Source of the DNA: Elusimicrobiota bacterium
Lineage (GTDB): Bacteria; Elusimicrobiota; Elusimicrobia; UBA1565
Assembly (NCBI GenBank): GCA_043827405.1
Contig: JBDRPD010000105.1
Span: forward strand, 32,001 to 96,000
Direction: 5' to 3'
Length of the DNA: 64,000 nt
Shown: piece after piece, positions 37,438 to 46,418 of the stretch
Position numbering within the stretch: position 1 is the first letter of the stretch
Layout: each line of letters opens with the position of its first letter
Position numbers and translations under genes: made by a program
The notes under the pieces: generated by a model
Database searches by the model: none
The model's input: the letters and a program-made list of their open reading frames with translations, nothing else
Told to the model about the DNA's origin: nothing

Positions 37438-38610
37438 TTAATGGGCTTCCTCGTAGTCGGGATGTTCGCGCAAAATAGGCATCCTGCTGACGATGAAGCG
37501 GTAGACGAGGATGCCGATCGTCACGATGAATACGGATATTCCGATTTCCTTCCAGTGCGGGAAATATCTTTCGCTCGCGGGCAGCTGCCAGTTGAACGCC
37601 AGCCAGGTCATATTGAAGCGGTTGACGACGATTCCCAGCACTGTTATGACCGCGGAGATCCTGATAAGTTTGAGGTTTCTCTCGCGATAGCCCATGGTAA
37701 AAAGAGCGCACGGTAAAAGGATAAAGCCGAGTATTTCCACGAGGAACCACAGGCCGTATGGAGTGAAAAGGAGATCCCAATGGTTTCCCTCCGCCACGCC
37801 GATGATCTTGATCGCGAAATAGACGGCCAGGACCATGGCGGAAGCCTTGCCGAAACCCAGAGTTAAGCGATCGAAGTCTTTGTGATGTCCCGCATCAATC
37901 TGCTTCCCGAAATACTTATGTGAGAGTACTCCTTCAAATAGAACCATGGACAGGCCCGCGGCGATACTGGAGACGAAGAAAAACACCGGTATATAGCGCG
38001 AATACCAAAGCGGATGCAGTTTCGTCGGCGCGATGAGGAGCATGGCGCCCAGCGAGGACTGATGCAGTGTCGATAGGACGACGCCGAGGATCGTGAGGGC
38101 TATGGTGAGCTTCACGACGATATTGCGGATCTTCTTGAATCCCAGCCATTCCAGCGGGGCCGGCGAGAATTCCAAAAACAGGACCGTCAGGTACATCGCC
38201 ACGCAGGCGCCGACTTCGAACATTACGGAGGTGACGCCCCAGCCGAAGATAAAAGGGTAGGGCAGGCGCCACGGGCGCCCCACGTCGTAATGGAGGGCGA
38301 AGACGACCAGCGCGTAGCCTAAAAACCCGGTAAGGACCGCCGGCCGCACGGCGAAGTGATACTTTTTCTGGCCGAAGATATATACCGCCGCCGAGGTTAC
38401 GTATCCGCCGGCGGCCAGTGCGACTCCGGTGTATAAGTCGAAGGAAATCCATACCCCCCAAGGGTTATTGTCGGAAAGGTTGGTTACGGCAGCCAGCCCT
38501 CCGGTAAAACGCTGGAAGGTCAGATAGGTGCCCAGCAGCAGGATTAATCCCGCGATAATATTAAACGGAGTGAGTAGGGATTTATCTGCGGCTCCGTTCT
38601 CTTCGGACAT
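37438..38610 (-). CDS. hmcC: HmcC (NrfD/HybB-family membrane protein)
   Basis: TNLSDNNPWG, GVALAAGG, DVGRPWRL, STLHQSSLG. Confidence 0.85.
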   Translation of the reverse strand: MSEENGAADKSLLTPFNIIAGLILLLGTYLTFQRFTGGLAAVTNLSDNNPWGVWISFDLYTGVALAAGGYVTSAAVYIFGQKKYHFAVRPAVLTGFLGYALVVFALHYDVGRPWRLPYPFIFGWGVTSVMFEVGACVAMYLTVLFLEFSPAPLEWLGFKKIRNIVVKLTIALTILGVVLSTLHQSSLGAMLLIAPTKLHPLWYSRYIPVFFFVSSIAAGLSMVLFEGVLSHKYFGKQIDAGHHKDFDRLTLGFGKASAMVLAVYFAIKIIGVAEGNHWDLLFTPYGLWFLVEILGFILLPCALFTMGYRERNLKLIRISAVITVLGIVVNRFNMTWLAFNWQLPASERYFPHWKEIGISVFIVTIGILVYRFIVSRMPILREHPDYEEAH

Positions 38611-39665
38611 CAGGACTTCTCCTCAGGCTTGGTCTGCTCGCTCAAAGCTTTCTTCACCGCTGTTTCGACCGCCTTGTCCTTCTCTCTTTTAAACCTTTCC
38701 GCGGCGTCGGCGGCTTTTTTCGCTTCCTCATTCTTGGTTTCAGTGATGGCGCCGGCGACGGCCTCTTTTTTCTCGGCGCTGCTTTCTTTATCCTTCGTGT
38801 CGTTGATCGCGTAGACGCCGGTCAAAAACGCCAGCCAGAGCGGGACGACGACCGGCACAGCGCTTAGCGCTCCATGGGTATATTCCGCATGCGGTGTCGT
38901 GCCCAGTTTCGGCAGGCCGAGTTTATCGAACGGCACCTCGGCCAAGTATATCCAGCTGGTGCCCCCCATTTCGTGCTCGCCGTAGACCTGATTGATATAG
39001 CGTTCCGGGTGCTTTTTTATGCGTTCATGAGCGATCTCGATAAGGTCTGTCCGCTTGCCGAAGGTGAGGGCGTCGACGGGGCAGGTATCAACGCAGCCGG
39101 GACGCTTTCCCTCCTTGAGCCGGGGGAGGCACATGGTGCACTTGTGCATCCGCGGGTTCCATTCGTGGTACTCGTAGGCCGGGATGTAGAAGGGGCAGGC
39201 CAGCATGCAGTAACGGCAGCCGACGCAAAGATCCGGGTCGTAGTCGACCGGGCCTTTCGGCGTCTTGGTGAAGGCGCTGACAAAGCAGGCCGAAGCGCAG
39301 GCGGGCTCCATGCAGTGGCTGCATTGGGATTTTCGGTAGGCGGTAATAAGCTTCTTGCTGCCGTCGGCCGCGGCTTTCTCCACCTCATACTTGTTGACGA
39401 CGGTGAACGTCTTGTAGTCCGTTCGGCGCTTCTGGGCCAGCACCTGGGTGTCCTTGAACGGCGTTTTGGGGGCGGGCAGTTTATTAACCTCGTTGCAGGC
39501 GGCCTCGCATGAGCGGCAGCCGGTGCAGCGTGTGGTATCGTGCAGGACGCCGAAGCCGTCGGGGTGCCCCTTGAACTCCTGCATCGCCCGGATGGATTTG
39601 GGGACGGTCAGGCTGGCCCCCGCGGCGCCCAGCACCCCTAAGAATTTTTTGCGTGATATCCCCAT
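38610..39665 (-). CDS. hmcB: HmcB periplasmic Fe-S protein (HybA-like)
   Basis: SRKKFL Tat-like; CTGCRSCEAAC, CSHCMEPACASAC, CVGCRYCMLACP; C-terminal TM and charged tail. Confidence 0.85.
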   Translation of the reverse strand: MGISRKKFLGVLGAAGASLTVPKSIRAMQEFKGHPDGFGVLHDTTRCTGCRSCEAACNEVNKLPAPKTPFKDTQVLAQKRRTDYKTFTVVNKYEVEKAAADGSKKLITAYRKSQCSHCMEPACASACFVSAFTKTPKGPVDYDPDLCVGCRYCMLACPFYIPAYEYHEWNPRMHKCTMCLPRLKEGKRPGCVDTCPVDALTFGKRTDLIEIAHERIKKHPERYINQVYGEHEMGGTSWIYLAEVPFDKLGLPKLGTTPHAEYTHGALSAVPVVVPLWLAFLTGVYAINDTKDKESSAEKKEAVAGAITETKNEEAKKAADAAERFKREKDKAVETAVKKALSEQTKPEEKS

Positions 39666-39679
39666 CAAAGTCCCTCTTG

Positions 39680-41005
39680 TCAGCTCTCCGGTATCTCCAT
39701 CGCATCAACGAGAAGATCGCTGATAAACTTGGTATGCATGCCGAGCTTGTAATGGCCGATGATGTCCTCAAGGCCGCTGTGGCAGTTATGGCATGGAGTG
39801 ACGACGATGCCCGCGCCGGTTCGCGCCAGCTGCTCGGCTTTGACCTTATTGCTCAGCATGCGCGACTTCTTCCATATCGGGCCGCAGTTGATGATGCCGC
39901 CGCCGGCCGCGCAGCAGTAGTTGTGCTCCTGGTTCGGATTTACATCGATGAAATTCTCGCATAGGGCGTGCATGACGTCGCGCAGCTTGTAGCCCAGCCC
40001 GCGTCCGCGTACGGTGTTGCATGGATCCTGCAGGGTAACTAGAGGTTCGTATTTCTGTTTAATTTTAATCCTGCCGCTGGTGATGAGGTCATGGTAGAAC
40101 TCTATGGCATGGACCATGGGTATGGGAGGATACTGCCAGCCGAGCGAGCGGGGTCCGTCGTATACCGCGCCGCGGAAAGCATGTCCGCATTCGCCCATGA
40201 CGATCTTCTTGACCTTTAGCCGGGCGGCGGTCTCCCAGTGCAGGCGTTCGACCCGCCCCATGATCTCGAAATCCCCGGAGTACATGGCCATATTGCTGTT
40301 GTCCCAGCCGTCGGTGGCGGGCATGGTCCAGTCGAGCTCCGCGACCTTCATGATCTTGGCGATGTTGCCGAGGAGCTGCGCCAGGATTTTCGGTTCGGGG
40401 CCGATTACCGAATACATGATATCCGCACCCTCTTTTTCCAAAGGTATTACAGCTCCCGGCAGCTCCATCTCGGCCTCGTCCGCCTGCCATTGCAGGGTAT
40501 CGATCCATTCATCCTGCTGCACCCACATTTGGTTGAAGGTCGCGGCATGGCTGTTTGTCGTGTCCTGAAGATAGAGCGGGACGACGCCTAGGAGATTGCA
40601 GATCCGGCGTACAATCAGGATGAGGTAGGAGATGTCGATGCCGAACGGGCAGTACATGCTGCAGCGCCGGCAGGTGCCGCATTCAGTGAATGCGATCCGG
40701 GCCATTTGCCGGACGAACTCAGGGCTGACTTTGCCTTTTCGCTTGACTAATTCCCAAATGGTGTTTTTGACCTTGGCGACGGGCGAGAAAAGCGGATCAC
40801 GGTTGCGCGAAATATAGGTATGGCAGGCCTCGGCGCACATGCCGCAGCGGACGCAGGTGTCGAGGTAGACTTGCAGGCGGGTGCCGGTCTCTTTGTTTAA
40901 GACCCGGTTGACGACGCGCTCTATCTTCTCGGGCGTCAGCTTTTTGACGCCTTCGTCGATGCCGGGGTCTGCGACTTTGCTTTCAGCAGTGTCAAAAATC
41001 TTCAA
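39680..41005 (-). CDS. tmcB: TmcB cytoplasmic Fe-S subunit
   Basis: GVKKLTPEKIE..., CVRCGMCAEAC, SHAATFNQMWVQQDEWIDTLQWQ, PCHNCH; TTG start after GGAG. Confidence 0.8.
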   Translation of the reverse strand: MKIFDTAESKVADPGIDEGVKKLTPEKIERVVNRVLNKETGTRLQVYLDTCVRCGMCAEACHTYISRNRDPLFSPVAKVKNTIWELVKRKGKVSPEFVRQMARIAFTECGTCRRCSMYCPFGIDISYLILIVRRICNLLGVVPLYLQDTTNSHAATFNQMWVQQDEWIDTLQWQADEAEMELPGAVIPLEKEGADIMYSVIGPEPKILAQLLGNIAKIMKVAELDWTMPATDGWDNSNMAMYSGDFEIMGRVERLHWETAARLKVKKIVMGECGHAFRGAVYDGPRSLGWQYPPIPMVHAIEFYHDLITSGRIKIKQKYEPLVTLQDPCNTVRGRGLGYKLRDVMHALCENFIDVNPNQEHNYCCAAGGGIINCGPIWKKSRMLSNKVKAEQLARTGAGIVVTPCHNCHSGLEDIIGHYKLGMHTKFISDLLVDAMEIPES

Positions 41006-41031
41006 GGTCTTTCTCCGCGCATGGAATCTCT

Positions 41032-41679
41032 CTACCAGTCTCTCGCGCTGCGGACGAGTCCGAATTCGCACCCCATATAGGCGCGCGTGAACGGAAAGAA
41101 CAGCATATGGCTGATCCGCGAGAACGGGACGGCGACGAGCCAGATCGCACCGCACCACATATGCAGGAGCATTATGGTTTGGTAGTTAAAAATCTGATAG
41201 TACGCGAGGACCCCCGTAACGAACGGGGCCAGGACGATGGCGATGAAGATGTAGTCCGTGAAAGAGGTGACGAAGCGGACTGTCGGGTTGACGATTCGCC
41301 GCAGCAGCAGAAGCAGGCCGATGACAACGGCTGTGATGGCGAGGACGTTGGAAAGTCCGTCGGGGAAGCACCGCCAGCTGATCCCCCAAGACTCCTGCCA
41401 GAGGACGTTGTGGCCCAGGAGAAAAACCGGAGTCGCCAGCAGGCAAAAGTGGAAGGTGAAGGTCATGACCGTCATGGCGGGCTGCAGGCGCCATGATTTG
41501 GTCGCGAACGGAACGACCCAGTGCAGGATGGAGCGTAATCCGAAATGCAGGTCCATATACGGCAGGACGGTTTTTTCCTTTTTGGCTCCGGAGATCATGG
41601 CGGCAATGCGATAGATGCTGCCGCCGATGGAAATGACGAAGGCGATCCAGAGCAGCGGGCCGCGGGCGAATTCTTGCAT
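41032..41679 (-). CDS. tmcC: TmcC membrane cytochrome b
   Basis: GPLLWIAF, GLRSILHWVVPF, FHFCLL...GHN, PFSRISHMLFF, GCEFG. Confidence 0.78.
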   Translation of the reverse strand: MQEFARGPLLWIAFVISIGGSIYRIAAMISGAKKEKTVLPYMDLHFGLRSILHWVVPFATKSWRLQPAMTVMTFTFHFCLLATPVFLLGHNVLWQESWGISWRCFPDGLSNVLAITAVVIGLLLLLRRIVNPTVRFVTSFTDYIFIAIVLAPFVTGVLAYYQIFNYQTIMLLHMWCGAIWLVAVPFSRISHMLFFPFTRAYMGCEFGLVRSARDW

Positions 41680-41683
41680 ATTC

Positions 41684-42925
41684 TTATTGGCTCCTTGCGA
41701 CCTCTCTTACGTATTTCCCGTTCTCGATGTAGCGGAGCAGCAGGCTGTCCCCTCGGGGGCTGAAGACAGGCTCCCAGAGTCTTTCATAGCTATTGTCCCG
41801 CAATTCACCGTCAACGACGAGATGAAACCGGCCGTCCTTTTCCGCCTTGGCGGCTACATGCTTCCCGCAGGGACTGAACACCGGGTCCCATATCATGTCG
41901 AATGTCTCCGCCCAGGCCTTTCCGTCGACTGCGATCGACCAGACATCGTTGTGCTTGACAATGGCGGCGACGCTCCGGCCGTCCGGCGAAAAGACGGGCG
42001 CCAATACCATGTCGCTGAAAAGTTTCTCCCAGGGGTGATCGTCGACGGCGATCGTCCAGCGTCCGAACTGCGGCGCGACGACCGCCGCAAGCCGTGAGCC
42101 GTCGGGACTGAACCTGGCTTGCCAGAGCTGCCCGTAGCCCCCCCAGATCGGCCGGCCGTCTTCGGCCAGCGTCCACTTGCCTTGGTGCTTTACCGGCGCG
42201 ATGGCCGACGAGTCGTCGGGCCTGAAGAGGGGTTCCCATACGCCGCCGAAGCTCTCAGACCAGGGCTGATCGTCCGCGGCCGCGGAATATTCGCAGATGC
42301 CGGTCCGAATCTCGACTGCGACTTTCGAGCTGTTCGGGCTGAAGACCGGCTTCCAGGTATTGACGTATTTCCTGTCCCAGACGCTTCCGTCCATCGCCAC
42401 GGACCAGACGCCTTTGAAGAAGCCGGGAACATCGGCTTCTTTAAGCGCTTCGACCTGCACGGTGGCTGCGGTGCGCTTTCCGTCGGGGCTAATGCAGTAG
42501 TCGCGAATTGATAGAAAGCCGGTATCCCAGGGTTTGCCGTTGAGCGCGATCCCATACATGTCGTCGCGCTTGTAGATGACGGCGAGGCCTTCGCCGTTGG
42601 CGCTCAGTTTTGGCTCCCAGGCGTATTCGAACTTTTCCGTCCACGGTTCCTTATCGACGGCCAGAGTCCATTGATCCTCGGCCTTAACCAGCGCGATCAG
42701 CTTGCCGTTGGGCAGATACTTCAGGTTCCAGAGCATTTCGTAGGAACCGGGCCAGAACTCGCCGTTGACCCAGGCGGTGAATTCGCCGTCCTCATTCTTT
42801 ACCGTCGCCGCGATATGTTCTCCGTCGGGGCTAACGACAAACTGCTGGATCTTAGGGTGTTCCTTCAGGGCCTTGCCGACATCGGCGATGATGTTTTTTT
42901 CGCGGTTCCAGTTCCAGTCTTCCAT
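41684..42925 (-). CDS. tmcD: TmcD Trp-rich beta-propeller protein
   Basis: Repeated W.P.FSPDG..VAA and WTIAVD..W units. Confidence 0.8.
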   Translation of the reverse strand: MEDWNWNREKNIIADVGKALKEHPKIQQFVVSPDGEHIAATVKNEDGEFTAWVNGEFWPGSYEMLWNLKYLPNGKLIALVKAEDQWTLAVDKEPWTEKFEYAWEPKLSANGEGLAVIYKRDDMYGIALNGKPWDTGFLSIRDYCISPDGKRTAATVQVEALKEADVPGFFKGVWSVAMDGSVWDRKYVNTWKPVFSPNSSKVAVEIRTGICEYSAAADDQPWSESFGGVWEPLFRPDDSSAIAPVKHQGKWTLAEDGRPIWGGYGQLWQARFSPDGSRLAAVVAPQFGRWTIAVDDHPWEKLFSDMVLAPVFSPDGRSVAAIVKHNDVWSIAVDGKAWAETFDMIWDPVFSPCGKHVAAKAEKDGRFHLVVDGELRDNSYERLWEPVFSPRGDSLLLRYIENGKYVREVARSQ

Positions 42926-42928
42926 GGG

Positions 42929-43459
42929 TTATATCGCGCCGGGGGGCGGAGTCTCCTCTTCCTCTAGAATACTTTTCGCTGTTATGTACAAGTCTTCCGC
43001 ACGGGAGCGGTCCGATATCAGGCGCTTGATATCGTTGGTACGGCGGGAGCCGAGCCGATAGACGACGCAGCTGCGGCATTCGTTTCCTTTGGGGCTGCAG
43101 TTGCCTCCACGGATCATCCAGCAGGGCTTCGCGGTGTCGGTTTTCGCGGCGCAGCTGCTGCGCTTGGTCTTCGAGCAGCGTACCAGATCCCAGCACGGCA
43201 GCAAGGCTTGCAGCCTACGGATGCCTTCCATGTTCATCCCTTGGTCCTTGATCATGTGCTGGATCGTCTTGACGCGCGCGATGTCCTCGCGGGAGAAAAG
43301 GCGGTGGCCCGACGGCATGCGGTGCGGGATAAGGAGCCCCTCCACTTCGTAATTTCTAATCGATGATACGGAAACGCCTGTTTTTTCCGCCAAAGTGCCG
43401 ATCGATAGGAGGGGTTCTGAGAGTTCGGCGTGAGGATCGGCCATGTGAAATACTATCAT
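42929..43459 (-). CDS. MerR-family regulator with Cys-rich two-CW-like C-terminal domain
   Basis: SIGTLAEKTGVSVSSIRNYEVEGLL; PCW..C...C...PCW...C..ECRSCVVY. Confidence 0.85.
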   Translation of the reverse strand: MIVFHMADPHAELSEPLLSIGTLAEKTGVSVSSIRNYEVEGLLIPHRMPSGHRLFSREDIARVKTIQHMIKDQGMNMEGIRRLQALLPCWDLVRCSKTKRSSCAAKTDTAKPCWMIRGGNCSPKGNECRSCVVYRLGSRRTNDIKRLISDRSRAEDLYITAKSILEEEETPPPGAI

Positions 43460-43576
43460 AAGCAGTAGAGTAAATCTACAAAGCAGGACATAGATATTAT
43501 GCAGCCGGCATGGGATATCCTGATATCAGAGTATAGATGCCGGATGCGGCGGCGTGAACGAGGGACTGCAGAGTAC

Positions 43577-44080
43577 TTAGTCGGACAGGAGCTTGAGGAC
43601 CTTCTTTAGCTTCTTGTCATCAGCTGTTTTGAGCCGGTCCTGGATTTGCTCCCGTAGGCCGTGCTCTTCGCCGCTCGTCGGCAAGCCGAGGGACTTCCGA
43701 ATGGCGCTAATGTATGCCGGCGGTTTGACCGGCTTTTCCAGGAAGGTGATGGGGTTATTCTTGGCTTCCTGCTGCAGTTCGCGCAGGCTATCGCTGCCGA
43801 ACTCATCCTTGCCGTGCGCGGTAACGACGACGACGGGGATGTCTTTCCGGTCCTTGTTTTTCTGTATATACCGGTAGAACTTCAAGCCGGACATTTTCGG
43901 CATGACGAGGTCGAGCGAAATCGCGTCGGGCTTCTTTTCGGTCATGCGCTCGAGCGCCTGCTTGCCGTTGCTCGCGACCATGACGTCGAATCCCGCGTCT
44001 TCTAGGATCGTTCGCAGATAGAGCTGCACATCCGGCTCATCGTCCACGATTAAAATGGTCTTGTCGCTCGTGTCGCTCAT
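43577..44080 (-). CDS. Response regulator (receiver plus short helical tail)
   Basis: ILIVDDEPD, SLDLVMP, LEKP. Confidence 0.88.
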   Translation of the reverse strand: MSDTSDKTILIVDDEPDVQLYLRTILEDAGFDVMVASNGKQALERMTEKKPDAISLDLVMPKMSGLKFYRYIQKNKDRKDIPVVVVTAHGKDEFGSDSLRELQQEAKNNPITFLEKPVKPPAYISAIRKSLGLPTSGEEHGLREQIQDRLKTADDKKLKKVLKLLSD

Positions 44081-44093
44081 GATATCCTCCAAC

Positions 44094-45551
44094 TTATTTC
44101 CCCGTTTGTTTGGGGAGCCGCTTACGGGGGAACTCAAGGGTGAAAACCGAGCCGCCGCCGTCAGCTGTTTCTACGGTAATTTCACCGCCATGCTGTGATA
44201 CGATCTTTCGGGTGACGAGAAGTCCGAGCCCCGTACCTTGCCCGGAGCCTTTGGTCGTAAAAAAATTTGTGAAGATCTTCTTCTTCACTTCGTAATCCAT
44301 TCCGCAGCCGTTGTCTTCGACCCGGTAATAGATTGTATCGTTCCTTTCCCGGCATGACAATACTACTTTTAGCTTCTTTTTATCGCTCACGAGGCAGGCG
44401 TCGATCGCGTTCGATACGAGGTTGGCCAGCGAAGTGTGAATCCCTTCGGCGTCCAAGGAGGCTTTCTTCAGCGCTTGCGGATAATCTCCCGTCAAAGTGA
44501 TCCCGGAGCGCTTAGCCGTTTCTTCATACAGCGATACGACTTCCTCGGCAATCTTTACGGGATCTACCTGCCGGACGGTGGGCTCCGTGCCCTTGGCGAA
44601 GCTTAGGAACTCCGCGACGAAGGAAGATATCTTTGTGATATTGCTTTCAAGCATCTTCCATCCTTCCTTCGTCAGGGTTTGGTCATCTCGTTTAAGGCCG
44701 GAATTGACGACGTACATCCCTCCCTCGAGGCCCATAATAATGTTCTTGATGCCGTGCGACAGCCCGGCGACCGTTTGCCCCACGGCAGCAAGCCGCTCTG
44801 CTTCCAGCTTCTCGTGCTCCGCCTTTTCAAGCTTGGTCTTTAGATCCAGGACTTCGGAGACGTCGTGCGCGATCTCGATGACGCTGGCGATGCCGTCGCC
44901 GTCCCGCCGCAGGGGCGCCGTCGTTACCATGTAGTGCGATTTCTTCCCCTTCCTGTCGATGCCTTCCTGCAGCGTGCTGTGCGTTTCTCCGGTCTCGAAG
45001 GCTTTGATCGAGGGGCAGTTCGCGCAGGGGTTCGCGCTCGCTTTATACATCTCGTAGCAGTGGGTCTTGCCCTTCCTGCCGAACTTGTCGTCAAAAAATT
45101 TATTGGACTTGATTATCTTGAGATTGCGGTCAATGACGGTGATGTAGCATGGGACATTCTCGAGTAGAAAACTGTGTTCCTGGGCCATGGCCACGCGTTC
45201 TGAGACATCGCTGGACATCTCGACCACGAACGGGATCCCGCCCTTATCGTCTCGGAGCGGGAAGAAACGGACGCGGTAGTACGTCGCTCCCCCGTTCTTA
45301 CTTGTGCCTTGCTCTTCGGAAGTTCGAACTTCTCCGCTCTCGAATGTCGCGAGCGCCGGGCACTTGGAGCACTGCCGTTTTCTTTTTTTGTAAACCTGGT
45401 AGCATTTCTTCCCCTGCCAAGGGCCGTAGGTAGCCTCGAAAAGAGCGTTTGCCTTGATGATGTTGAATCCCTTATCGATTACGGCGATCTGCATCGGGAC
45501 CTGATCGAATAGACCCTCCTGAATCCAGTCGCTAATGCGGGACGGGGTCAT
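44094..45551 (-). CDS. Cytoplasmic histidine kinase with two Cys-containing PAS domains
   Basis: CYQVYKKRKRQCSKCP, CYEMYKASANPCANCP; GLSHGIKN; DNGCG, GTGLGL. Confidence 0.9.
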   Translation of the reverse strand: MTPSRISDWIQEGLFDQVPMQIAVIDKGFNIIKANALFEATYGPWQGKKCYQVYKKRKRQCSKCPALATFESGEVRTSEEQGTSKNGGATYYRVRFFPLRDDKGGIPFVVEMSSDVSERVAMAQEHSFLLENVPCYITVIDRNLKIIKSNKFFDDKFGRKGKTHCYEMYKASANPCANCPSIKAFETGETHSTLQEGIDRKGKKSHYMVTTAPLRRDGDGIASVIEIAHDVSEVLDLKTKLEKAEHEKLEAERLAAVGQTVAGLSHGIKNIIMGLEGGMYVVNSGLKRDDQTLTKEGWKMLESNITKISSFVAEFLSFAKGTEPTVRQVDPVKIAEEVVSLYEETAKRSGITLTGDYPQALKKASLDAEGIHTSLANLVSNAIDACLVSDKKKLKVVLSCRERNDTIYYRVEDNGCGMDYEVKKKIFTNFFTTKGSGQGTGLGLLVTRKIVSQHGGEITVETADGGGSVFTLEFPRKRLPKQTGK

Positions 45552-45955
45552 CGGCGGTCTCCGCGGGCGAATACTGAATCCAGGAAATCAATAAACCGTT
45601 TGACATCGATGGGCTTTTCAAAAAAGGCTTCCGGTTCGGGGATGTCCGGGTCCGGCAGATGCCTTCTGAAGTCCTGCTTGAAGCCGTAGGCGATGCCGCC
45701 GATGCCGCTGATGATGGCAATGGGGATGTCCTTGGTGACTTCATTCCTCTTTAGGTCTTTATACAGCGAAAGCCCCGATCTTTTCGGCATCATGATATCC
45801 AGGCAGATTAGGCCGGCGTGTTCCTTCTTGGCCAAGGCCAAGCCTTCGAATGGGTCGGAGGTGGATATCGCTTCGTACCCGTTGTCCTGCAGCAGCGTGG
45901 TCAGATAGAGCAGGATATGGGCTTCGTCGTCGACGAGCAGGACTTTTCGGCTCAC
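45548..45955 (-). CDS. Single-domain response regulator
   Basis: LLVDDE, CLDIMMP, EKP. Confidence 0.88.
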   Translation of the reverse strand: MSRKVLLVDDEAHILLYLTTLLQDNGYEAISTSDPFEGLALAKKEHAGLICLDIMMPKRSGLSLYKDLKRNEVTKDIPIAIISGIGGIAYGFKQDFRRHLPDPDIPEPEAFFEKPIDVKRFIDFLDSVFARGDRR

Positions 45956-46018
45956 AGTACACTCCGCGACCGCGGGCGGGCTAAAGCGGCCGGATTCAGC
46001 ATCCTAACAGAGTCCGTA

Positions 46019-46408
46019 TCAGCCGATCAAGTCTTTAATTGTTTTAACCAATGCGTCACGGTCAATGGGCTTGGGTATGAAGCCGTCTGGAGGCGGTACC
46101 TTCTTCCGGCTGGAGATGAACTTCTTGAAGCTCTCGGGATCATTGGCGTAGCCGGTGACCGCGGTCACGACGACGATGGGAATGTCCTTGAGCGAATCAT
46201 CTTCTCTGAAGGCGCGATACGCCTTGATTCCCGACTTCTCCGGCATGGTGATGTCCAGCGTGATCAAGTCCGGTCGGTCCTTGCGGGCCTGATCAAGCGC
46301 ATCATCCACCTTGTCGGCGAGGATGGTCGTGTAGCCGTTGTCTTTGAGCAGGGTATCCAGATAGGTCAGGACATCCTTCTCGTCATCGATAACTAGGATC
46401 TTTTTCAT
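46019..46408 (-). CDS. Single-domain response regulator
   Basis: ILVIDDEKD, TLDITMP, PKP; GAGG RBS before ATG 46408. Confidence 0.88.
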   Translation of the reverse strand: MKKILVIDDEKDVLTYLDTLLKDNGYTTILADKVDDALDQARKDRPDLITLDITMPEKSGIKAYRAFREDDSLKDIPIVVVTAVTGYANDPESFKKFISSRKKVPPPDGFIPKPIDRDALVKTIKDLIG

Positions 46409-46418
46409 GCGCACCTCT

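Noticed and set aside
39770..39800. CHNCH as a c-type heme site in TmcB
   Set aside because: Cytoplasmic protein with no signal peptide; the motif is part of the CCG Fe-S site.
39680..41679. Calling this pair hmcF/hmcE
   Set aside because: Sequence motifs and the adjacent tmcD fit TmcB/TmcC better; phylogeny is still needed.
43501..43547. Imperfect inverted repeat upstream of merR as an ncRNA
   Set aside because: Only an 11-bp imperfect stem with a long loop; insufficient support.
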